This document shows, piece after piece, positions 50,301 through 60,900 of a stretch of 64,000 bases of DNA (positions are counted from its first letter, which is position 1; every line of letters begins with the position of its first letter). The notes under the pieces were generated by a model. The model did no database searches and was not told the DNA's origin. It saw only the letters and a program-made list of their open reading frames with translations. This DNA comes from Amoebophrya sp. A120 (taxonomy: Eukaryota > Protista > Dinoflagellata). Position numbers and translations under genes: made by a program. The stretch is taken from contig CAJINV010000010.1 of NCBI GenBank assembly GCA_905178155.1, forward strand, positions 3,678,587 through 3,742,586. The letters are read 5' to 3'.

Positions 50301-52747
50301 TCGGTGCACAACTTCTGTCGGGTGGGGTTGCAGAAATTCAACCGAAAACCCGGAACCTGGTTCGGGCCCTTTTCCGCGGCAAAAACCATCGAAGTGATCT
50401 ACGACGAGATACATTATCAAATGCAAAAATCCCTGGATGTCTGGAACAAAGCAACTTCTCATGCTAAATCTGGATCATGTAAAAATCTGTGTTGCGTGAT
50501 CACCAAAAGCTGTCCACTTTTGACCTAATAGAGAGGCAGTTTCTCATGCAGGATAGGCATGGTAGAACTCTCACAGAATCTGTCATGCTGTGTCCTACGT
50601 ACCAGACCTCACGGGCCATGGAAAACCTGCGTGACAGGTCTGGCATTCTTCGAGACCCAGACACTTTTGCATTTGATATACATCACGGCAGTACTAAGGG
50701 AGGTGCGTCCGGTTCCACGGCGTCGACGGCGTCAAGTATCCTGAGTAAGAATGTCCCCACACCAGAGTTGTCATGCAAATCTGCATGCCAAAAAAGTTTC
50801 TCATGCGGAGCCCCATGGGAACAATTCTCTATTCCTGTTTTGGAATTTGTAATGCTAGAATCAGCATGATATGTTAGATCTGTGATGCTTCGGAACTAGC
50901 CAAACAGGACTACACTACGAGGATAAACTTGCCATGCGAAACAACCAGAGGTGGCTGATTTGTCTAGCGGGTTTCCCATCTTGACTCTGGGGTGGGGACG
51001 TTTTTGCTCAGGATATCAAGTTCCACTTCTTCGAAAGGCTCGAGCTCATCTTCAAGTAGAAACACGACGTTCGCACATCACTGCCGAGGTATAGTGCTTT
51101 TTTTATAAGAATCTGGTACGTTGTTCTTGAGAGGTTATGAGCATTTTCTATGTATGCTTGATGCCCTCGAAGTCGAATCTGAGGAAGGACAAACAAGTGT
51201 TTGTCATGCAAAAAACGAGTGACAGCTGTCTTTTGTGATGCAAAAAGAACTAAAATAAAAAAACAGTATGCGTCTTCGACGAATTGTTCGATCCTGACGA
51301 GGTGAAAGGAAAACTCAGTGACAACAAAGCCGTCATCTGCCTTCTCTGCAAAAAACTGGGGCCGAATGCGAACATAGCCCCGGAGTATACGGAGGCCGTG
51401 AAGCAAGTCTTCAAACTCGCCACGTTTCAGGGGCTAGCATGTATATGTGATTTGATTTGTTGTCATCATAATTTCTTCGAAAGAAAAGCGAAGCTTGTCA
51501 TGCACATGACAAAGCATTCTGATGCTCGTGACGTGCCCACAATTGATGGTACGAATCCCGCATGACTACAATCAACCTGAACCTTAACAGGCGGCGACAC
51601 AGCTACGTCAGCGCACTATTTCCTGGCCGCAAGCGACACTTACGCTCTCTACCTCGACCCGCATGTGGAAACAAGGGCCGCATTGTATCGTAAGAAAAAA
51701 CGTCTCCACGACCCCGGAGTCAAGATAGATGGGGATTTCGCTACACAGACCAGCATCTTTTGGCTGTCGCGCATTTGACAAGTTTGGAGGCATCGCAGTG
51801 TAATAAATCGCGTTTAGATGATCATACTGTAGCTGCATCAGAAATCGATCTACTCTTCCTGATTCTACTAGCACGACAAACTGGCAGACACCATGAGATA
51901 GAAAATGCTCCTCATGGGGCGATGCATGAGAAACGTCCCAGGCTTGGTGCAGATTGGCATGACAAAAGTTGGGTGGGGACGCTTCTTCTCAGGATAGATT
52001 GGACGGAGCAGAAATGGACACGAGCAGCTGGCACGCGCTGAAAAGTATAAATATATACTTTTGATGCTATAATTAAGTGTTTTGTTGTAGAAAGTCGCAA
52101 TAGAAACCAGTAATCTCTTGCGTATCCAAGCATGGCAAATTGAATCAAAAATAGTAATGAAAACCGAGTGTACCAGCACATATGAAACCATCTTCATCTT
52201 CAGGTAAAGACGGCACGCCCTGTCTCTTTCGCCTGCCTTTCGAGTCTTTGAACTCTAGCAGTTGCTTCTGCTTCCTCATCCGCGATACCGAAGACCTCGC
52301 GCAGCTCTGCTTGGAATTGGAAATGTACGACTCACTCTCCGAAGCCTTTGAGGTGAAGCGCGGCGGGGTGTTCATGGAAAAACTCACGGGGTCGCTGTAT
52401 CCTCAGGAAATAAAACGTCCCCAGAGTCCAGATGGGGATTTTGCAACACAAGCCTAGAAGTTTTGTTGAGAGTGACGCATGACAAGTTGCAGTGTGTAGT
52501 GTGGTGCGGGGTAGCACGGACAGCCGCACTATAAACCCAGCTGCTCATCCTGTTCAATTATACAGCATTGCAAAATTTTCCAAATGACGACTGGAAATGC
52601 CTATCATGGGCGACATGCGGCGCATCACAAAGTTTCTTGTCATTGCAAATCCGCACGACAGGTGGGGACGTTTTTACACAGGATACGCTGGACATCAATC
52701 AAAAATGGAACTGCGACGACGAAGACGAGGAGATGGTTTTGCTGTGA
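47380..52747 (+). CDS. ATG4: Autophagy cysteine protease ATG4 (peptidase C54) with a long low-complexity N-terminus
   Basis: FTYRKNF, SDQGWGCYIRTFQMMLAQ (catalytic Cys), FSVHNF...KPGTWFGP, YLDPH (Asp/His) and acidic C-terminus DDEDEEMVLL*. Contains 8 introners. The junction near 51089-51266 is unresolved. Confidence 0.88.
48695..48959. mobile_element. Introner family A
   Basis: Family A TIRs; TSD CGCCA. Confidence 0.88.
49010..49291. mobile_element. Introner family D
   Basis: Family D TIRs; TSD GCAAA. Confidence 0.9.
49480..49632. mobile_element. Introner family C
   Basis: Family C TIRs; TSD GAAGT. Confidence 0.88.
49701..49921. mobile_element. Introner family F
   Basis: Family F TIRs; TSD CATCG. 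Confidence 0.9.
50415..50678. mobile_element. Introner family A
   Basis: Family A TIRs; TSD TACAT. Confidence 0.88.
50737..51015. mobile_element. Introner family D
   Basis: Family D TIRs; TSD TCAAG. Confidence 0.9.
51686..51996. mobile_element. Introner family D
   Basis: Family D TIRs; TSD CATTG/GATTG. Confidence 0.87.
52398..52685. mobile_element. Introner family D
   Basis: Family D TIRs; TSD CGCTG. Confidence 0.88.
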
Positions 52748-53809
52748 TACAACTTGTGTTGCAAGAAGACAAACCGCATCTACTTCTTCTATCTGCGCCG
52801 AAATAAGATTGTCATAGACAGGAACCAGGTCCAGGCCGCTACAACACTACCACGCGCGTAAGGAGCTGCACCAGACCCCCGCAGAAACAACAAGCACCGG
52901 TGGATCCGCCATATTCTTACTAGAGCATTACAAGGCTGCAGCTTATGTCGCGCAGTGGGAGGGTGAACGAGTGGACAGGGTGGAAAGAAAAACGCCAGAG
53001 GGTGGGCAAGGGAAAAATCTTTGACGCAGGGCGGGGCCAGGCATCTGCGCCGCTTCTTGCTGAAAAAACGAAGGCGGAGCGCCATGGCGCCCGTGGCTCC
53101 CGTCGTTGTGCGAGCGCGAGGACTCCGCCCGCACAGGGCGCGCGCTTGCGTGGCGGCAGGCCTTATGCCCCAGCAACAACGCAAAGCGCGGCAGCGGGCA
53201 GGCGCCAGTGGACGGAGGAAGGAAGCAGGGGAACAGCCCGCGCCATGCGAGGCGCTGGCGCGTGACGCCCCGCCCGCGCGTCTGTGGTGTGGCCCGTTCG
53301 TGCCGCCTGCGTGTGTGCCCCGCCCCTGCGCGCCTTGGTGCCGCCCCCCGCCCTTCTCCCGCGCGCAGCCTTGCAGAGCAGGGGCTTGCTGGGGCCCCTG
53401 TCGCGCGCCGCGCGTGCATGGGGGACCGGACGGGCGCCGGTTTGGGGCATTCATTGCCCCCCCCAGGCGCAGGGGCCCATCACCCTCCCCCAGCACCCCC
53501 GGACAACGGCGCCCCCCGCGTTAGCCCGCATGCAATCTGTCCCGCCCCCGCCTGCTTCCCTCGCGCGCACCCTCCAAGACAGAGACGGCGGACGGTGGCG
53601 CCCTCTGCCGGACCCCTCGTGAACAGAGGGGGGGCGCCGGGGGAGGGTGGTGGGCAGCTGCTCGCCTGGAAGCGTGGTGCTGGGGTGCGGCTTTCCCTGC
53701 GCGAACAGAGGGAGGGCGCCGGGGGAGGTTGGTGGGCAGCTGCTCGCCTGGTGCTTGGCCGCCGGCGGCGTTCGCGGTGCGGGCCCCCCACCGTCTGTGT
53801 GCCCTCCGC

Positions 53810-54606
53810 TCGTGCTTCCCGTTTTCCCCGTGTTTCCCGCTTTCCCAGGGCCTCTCGCTCTCCTCGTGCTCTCCCCGCGCTCCCCGCTTTGTTTCTCCGT
53901 GCTTCCCGCATTCCCCGTGCTTCCCGCACGCTTTCCCCGTGCCCCCCGCTTTCCCCGTGCTCCCCGCCCTCCCCTTGCTTCCCGCGCGCTTCCCCCGTGC
54001 TTCCCGCTTTCTCCGTGCTTCCCGCTTTCCCCGTGCCTCCCGCTTGTTTCCCCCGTGCTTCCCGCGTGTTTCCCCCGTGTTTTCCGCTTGTTTTCCCCGT
54101 GCTTCCCGCTTTTCTTCCTCGGGCTTCCCGCTTTTCCCGTGCTTCCCGTTTTCCCCGTGCTTCTCGCCTTCCCCGTGCTAGCTTCCCGCCGGCCTTCCCC
54201 GTGCTTCCCGCTTTCCCCGTGCTTCCCACCCGCCTTCCCCGTGCTTCCCGCCTTCCCCGTGCTTCCCGCCTTCCCCGTGCTTCCCGCCTTCCCGCCTTCC
54301 CCGTGCTTCCCGTTTTCCCCGTGCTTCCCGCTTGCCCCGTGCTTCCCGCTTGCCCCGTGCTTCCCGCTTGCCCCGTGCTTCCCGCTTGCGCCGTGCTTCC
54401 CGCTTTGTCCGTGCTTCCCGCTTTCCCCGTGCTCCCCGCTTTCCCCGTGCTTCCCACCTTCCCCGTGTTCCCCGCCCGCCTTCCCCGTGCTTCCCGCCTT
54501 CCCCGTGCTTCCCGCTTTCCCCGTGCCTCGCGCGCGCTTTCCTCGTGCTTCCCGCGCGTTTTCCTCGTGCTTCCCGCTTTCCCCGAGCTTCCCGCTTTCC
54601 CCGTGT
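53810..54606. repeat. 18-bp minisatellite CCCGC(T/C)TTCCCCGTGCTT
   Basis: Dozens of tandem copies with a strong C/T strand skew. Confidence 0.93.
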
Positions 54607-54639
54607 TGCAAAACCGGGGAGGCAGGGCGTTGGGAGATT

Positions 54640-55590
54640 GTTGCAAAATATTTGGGGTCGCGAAATATTTTTGGCCGCGAAATATTTTGGGAGGGCCGCA
54701 AAATATTTTGGGTCGCGAAATATTTTGGATCGCAAAATATTTTGCGTTGCAAAATTTTTGGACTTGCGAAATATTTTGAGCTGCAGAATATTTTGAGTTG
54801 CAAAATATTCGGACTTGCGAAATATTTTGAGCCGCAAAATGTTTGAAGTTGCAAAATGTTCGGAGTTGCAAAATAGTTCGAGCGGCAAAATATTTGGAGC
54901 TGCAAAATATTTCGAGTTGCGATGGGACTGGGGCGATTCGCCGTTTGCGATAGAACTTGGGCGATTCGCCGTTTGCGATGGGACTTGGGCGATTCGCCGT
55001 TGGGCGATTCGCCGTTTGCCATGGGACTTGGGCGATTCAGCGTTGGGCGATTCGCATTAATTTTGGGTCGCGAAATATTTTGGGTCGCAAAATATTTTGA
55101 GTTGCAAAATATTTGGACTTGCGAAATATTTTGAGTTGCGAAATATTTGGACTCGCGAAATATTTTGAGCCGCAAAATATTTGGAGTTGCAAAATATTTC
55201 GGGTTGCAAAATAGTTCGAGTTGCGATGGGACTTGGGCGATTCGACGTCTGCGATGGGGCTTGGGCGGTTCGCCGTTGGCCGTTGGCCGATTTCGCATGC
55301 AAATCTCGACAGCTTTGGAAAGTTTGAAAACTGCAAAAAAAATTCCGACGTGGGCGATTTTCCTCCCTGTTGCAAAATTTTAAGTTCCGCAGCCCAGCAA
55401 AAATAGGAGTTATTTTGCGTTGCAAAATATTTCGAGCTGCAAAATATTTTGGATGGCGAAATACTTCCACGCGCAAAATATTTCGCGGCGCAAAATATTT
55501 CGGGTTGGAAAATATTTCGGATGGCGAAATATTTCCACGCGCAAAATATTTCGCGTTGCAAAATATTTCGAGTTGGAAAATATTTGCTAT
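54640..55590. repeat. ~20-bp tandem repeat GCAAAATATTTTGAGTT, interleaved with TTGGGCGATTCGCCGT units
   Basis: Read directly; the core AAAATATTTT is palindromic. Confidence 0.9.
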
Positions 55591-55709
55591 TTTTGGTTGG
55601 GAGTTTTGAAAACGGGAAAGAAGTCGCGAAAACGGAAAAAAATTTTGTCGGGGGTTGCAAGATGTTTCTTCTTAGAAATATTGCAAACGGAAAGAGTATT
55701 TTTGTTGGG

Positions 55710-56070
55710 ATTGGGCGATGGACATTGGGCAACGGACATTGGGCGATGGACGTTGTGCTTTGGACATTGTGCGATGGGTGTTGGGCGATGGTTTGGACCG
55801 TGGGCGACTCGGCGAGGGACATTGGGCGACTGGGTGATGGACATTGGGCGACTGGGCGATGGACATTGGGCGGTGGGCGAACTCGCCAAAGCTTTCGAAA
55901 GTTCGACAATTGCAAAAAAATTTTCGACATGGGCGATTTTCCTTCCCGGCGCAAAGTTTGGACATTGGGCGATGGACGTTGCGCGATGGACGTTGGGCGA
56001 TGGACATTGTGCGACTGACATTGGACGATGGACAGTGGGCGACTGGGCGATGGACATTGGGCGATGGGCG
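55710..56070. repeat. 14-bp tandem repeat GGACATTGGGCGAT
   Basis: Two arrays separated by a ~70-bp spacer unit that recurs at about 55311, 55890 and 56080. Confidence 0.88.
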
Positions 56071-57920
56071 AACTCGCAAAAGCTTTGGAAAGTTTGAAAA
56101 CTGCGAAAAAAGTTTCGACGTGGGCGATTTTCCCCCCCGTCGCAAAATTTTAACTTCCGCAGCTCAGCAATAGGAGTTATACTAGCGAGAGCAATCTACT
56201 TCATTTCACGCGGTTCTTTTCCATAGGACAACCTGAAGAACCTTTCCGCCATTAGTTCATCTCTCTGTCTAGGTGGACCGGCAGCTGCTCGTCCAACGGC
56301 ACGCCAACTACCGGGTTGGAGTTGCTCGCGTGGTTGCAAATTTTGATGTTTTGTTTTGTTAGTGTGGTTAACCTCAGAGCAGGAGCTACAAAAGTTCATG
56401 CGGATGGAAAGTTTTTAATCGAGTTTTCACGAAGTAGAAGATTTTGGTATAGAAAACGGATTTATTGCGCTAGTACAACACACTTTCTGCGCTCAGAACA
56501 CCCTTGCTGCGCTGCAGTAAAACCAAATGAACACAGTGATGATTTAGATGCCAGCAAAACTACCTCGACTACGAACTTACAATTGGTGATGACGATAGAA
56601 CAAACTTCTGACCGACGTCGGGCCAGCGCGAGCGTGTGCTGCGAGCTGCTCCTGCTGTGAATGTCCTAGTGGAAGAAGATGCGGACTAATTAATACATTT
56701 CCCGTGTAACGATATTAAATGTTGTGATCATGATTCAACGTCGCGCAATGATACCTAATGAAAAAGAAAGGGAAAATCATTTTTATCGGAAGCAAAGAAA
56801 AAAGCACCTAGCTTTGACTTTGTCGAGCCGGGCGTCACAGCTGCTTCGTTCTGCTTCCCGAGTTCTGTTCACGACTTCTTGTTCTCCTAAATATGGTTGT
56901 GTGCTGTACTCCTTGCAGCACTTCGAAGGGTTCCTGCCGCTATACGAGACGAGCCGCCACGGTAGTAAACGCGAAAGTACCCAAGAGAGTGCTGCTCCGC
57001 GGGAGAGTTGACCGGCTAAATGCCATTCTCTTGGTTCTCCCTGAGTAGGGAGGCACACAATAGAATTCCGGTACCATCGGAATTACGATAGCAATCGGAA
57101 AATTGCCGCCCGAATTCCGATAGCAAGCGCAAAACGCACATATTGAAACGGCGCGCGCAACTTGTTTTGGAGTGTTGCCGGCGCCTAACAGCGCTCCTGG
57201 CGCCGTGTGGAATGCATGCAGCGATGGCGCAACTTGGTGCCCGAGGAGTGCCAGCGTGCGTCTGTCTTCCCGCAGTCAACGGCGGCGAGGAGTGTGGAAA
57301 AGGTCCGCGGTCCGATTTAGGGCCGGCCGCCTTTTGCGCTGTGTAATGTTGGCTCCCCCGGATCGCCTGATCGTTCTTTGGGGGCGCTGGCGATTAAGCT
57401 ATGATAGATGAGGCGCGTACGCGGGCGCCCTGCTTTTTTTCTAGCTGCAGGGGCCGTCTTTGGCAGATCCTTCCCCTGTGCGCTCTACGGGTTTGCTCCC
57501 TCTCGGAAGGGGGCGCCGCGCGACCCACGTGGCATTGCCGGGCCTGGGGCGTCGTTCGTAAGTATTTTACCGCAGCCGAAACTAGTGGGTGCCGAACGCA
57601 CGCGGGCCCCCTTCTGCCGGCGGTGGGCAGGAAGTGTGCGTTCTGTCCGTGGCAGCCGTCTAGCTGCCGCGCTGTGTTTTCTGTTTCTTGGCTCCCACCG
57701 AGAAAAGGATGCGCGCCGGCGCATAAGAGAGTGCTGCTCCGCGGAAGAGTTGGCCGGCTGAATGCCATTGTCTTGGTTCTCTCTGAGAGACGAGCTTTGA
57801 AAATACAAACACCCACCGTTTCCCTTTTGCATGGTCGTGGTCCACGTCATGTTCGTCCCTTGAGGACGATGATCGGGTAGTACAGCATCGAAAACAAAAC
57901 GAAAAAACAAGAAGACCAAG

Positions 57921-60900
57921 ATGGTTTCCTCAAATAATTATCTCCACACGCCGGCGGTTGAGGTGCTTTTCGCCGACATTGTCACAACAGATGAGATATG
58001 CACTGCAAAAGCATCGTACTCGTATTGCGATCCGGCATATACAAATCTGTTTCTTGAGGTAAATCAGCATTACAAATTTTATTTCTCATGCTGAGGAAAT
58101 TTGTAATGCATTTATTTTTATATATACGAGTGCGATACTTTTGCAATGCATATGAGAAGGTTCCGGAGGAGCTGGGCCCTTTGTTGAAAGTTGACATCAA
58201 CGTGGAGATTCCGCTTATGGGAGTGTCAGGGTCGAAACCGACAAAGTTGAAATAATTTGTGATGCATAAAACGGATACCAGTTGGCGCCCAGTTTTCGAT
58301 TGGCCCATGACAAATTTGGGCACAGCCTAAATCCAGTTTGTCATGCTGTTTCGGTAAGGAAGACGCCTTTTGTCATGCTACTTTAGCAGCTCTATTTCTA
58401 CTCCTCAACAGGCTCCTTGCAGTCTGCCTTACTTGCCTACTCTGCAAGACAGGCACGTTGTGGGTTGCATTCTATGCATTACAAGTTTGCCCTCTTTTCA
58501 ATTTCGGTCCTGACGCTTCCATACCGCTTTGCGATCTGGTGGAAGCGGTGGTCGGGAGCATTTCCGTATCAAATGTAAAAATGTCTGGGTCTGGAAGATT
58601 CTGACACTTGTCATGCACGTTTTGGATGAACCCTGATGTCTGTGATGCATGCCCTAGCAGCACAGATTTTTTGAGAGCTTCTTGATGCCTATTCCGCATG
58701 ACAAACGCCCTCTCCGCGTAGCAAGAATTACATTCCCTTTGGCACTCATGCAATACAGATTTTTTTGGAATCCAAATGCAGCATTACATACAAGTTGGAT
58801 TCTTCCAGACCCAGACATTTTTACATTTGATATTCCGGTGGGGAAGAGCTTCTCGATGTGAACGACGAAGTAGAGTTTTGCTCTGATGCAGAATTAGCGA
58901 ACGAGAATTATAACGGCGGGAACAACAAGAACAACATCGAGCAGCAGCAAAAGTTTTCGGCAGGGCAGCAATTATACGGTACCGCCCAGCACGAATTGGA
59001 ATTGCATGATGGTCAACACCTGCAAGAGAATTATGAGCAGCAAAATTACGATGAGTACGGAGACGGACGACCAATCGATAGTGATCCACAGTACACCCAA
59101 GATGGGGACGAAAGCAATTTCGAGCAAGTAGGTGCTGCTGGTCGTGTACCAGTGCACCTGCACCAACCCTACCCCATCGCGGCGGGACATCAACACTTGG
59201 GGAGGGGGGTAAAATCATGTTTTTTGGTGGTTTTCTTCGCCCATGGTGCCGCCGTGGTAAAAAGCGTTACAACCTAGCGCCGCTTGCATGGCGAACGCAG
59301 GTTGACGCGATGGCGAAAGCGAGAACTTCCGCCCGCGCCCCCGCCCTGCCAAAAAGTGTTACACTCCAGGGCCCATGGTATGCTCGGCCGAGCTTTCCGC
59401 CGTGCGCTCCGGTTGCTAGCTTGCAAAGCACGCCGCGCCCGCTGGCGCCGCCGGCCTTGGCGCGGTCCCCTCGCTCGCCCCGGTGGCCCATGGCGTTCGT
59501 GATTTCCACCGGTGCGCCGCGGCCGCCCCAGGCCCGTCGGTTGCGCCGGCCAACCGCCAGGGGCGGGCGCCGACGAGCTGCGCACGCGGGTGCGCCGGGC
59601 TATTCTCAATAAAGAAAAGTTCAAACCAGCGCGCCACCCCTAGCGCCCACCGCCGCCCGCCCGGGCGCGGGCGCGCGCCTCCTCCGTGTGGCCTGCCGTC
59701 CTTTTGTGAGTGGGTATTCGGTCTTTTCGGCATTGGCCGGCCGCACGGGGCCGGGCGGCTTCTCGCCGATTGACTAGCGGCAGGCGCGTTGGTTTTCGTT
59801 TCTAGGCATAACGAAAAAGCAGCGAGGGCGGCACCCAAAACAATCGGCGCCCGGTCTGAATCTCGACAATAGGCATCTATCGTTGGGGCGTCCAATTGTC
59901 GGGATTCAGAGCGAGCTTTGATTTCAAAGCAGGCCGGTTTTAGTTTCTGGCACTAAACAGGAAAAACAATGTGAAAATGCACAAAAAGCGTCGCACCGTG
60001 CCACAGCTTGTCTTCCTGTTGCTAGTTTCAAAGCTGGCCGGCGGCACAGGTGCGCTGGCTCACAGAACCGCTCACGTTGAAGCTGCCGCGGCCCTCTCGA
60101 ATATGGGCCGCGCAAGTCTTTGGCAACTTCTTTGCAAGTTTCCACCTCCATAAAATTGGGGGTCCGTTCCACCTGCACCAACCCTACCCCATCGCGGCGG
60201 GACATCAACACGCCTCGCGTCTGTGTCGTTCCTGTCGCTCGCGCTTCCGCGCCTCCACGCCGGTGTCAAGTTGGGCTAGATACCTTCTTGGCCCCGCAGA
60301 GGGAGACCATACCACGCCAGCCAGAAAAGAATCTCTCGTTTTTTTTGTGAGCCGCTGAGATTTTTTCGATCTAGTGGCACAAGCCGAGCGCGCCTCCGTG
60401 CCGCTGTCCCGTTCGCTGCTCAGTAAGGGCGTTTACCTTCGGGAGGTGCAAGGCTTGCGTGCTCAAATTAGTTGTGATGCCCAGCCGTCTGCTTGGATGC
60501 GCTGCAGACAAGTACACGGGCCGGCGCTGCGCAATTGTTTTGCCACACCAAGCAGAGACCGCCGACCCAGTTTTTTTCGCGAACTGGACGCGCAGCAGAC
60601 AATTTTACTTGGACCCGATTTAACCGCGCATCTGCAGGCGCCACACCGGGCGCCGGAAACAGAGAAAAACTGCAAATAGCTCGGGGCACAGAGTTAAATG
60701 AGAAAATTCCGCGATTTCCGCCCCTGAGTAAAATGAGTTAAATGAGTAAAATGAGAAAAAAGTGGAAAAAAATCAAAAGTCGCAAAACCAACGGCAAAAC
60801 GCCTGTACGCTCGCTGCGCCCTGCCGCGCAAATTAACTGTTTTTTTTCTCCTCCGGGTGGCGGAAAAAAAATACTAAAAAACTGAAATTAAATCCAGCCG

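Noticed and set aside
53106-56173. Long ORFs of 300-615 aa on both strands
   Set aside because: They are translations of tandem repeats that lack stop codons and contain no protein motifs.
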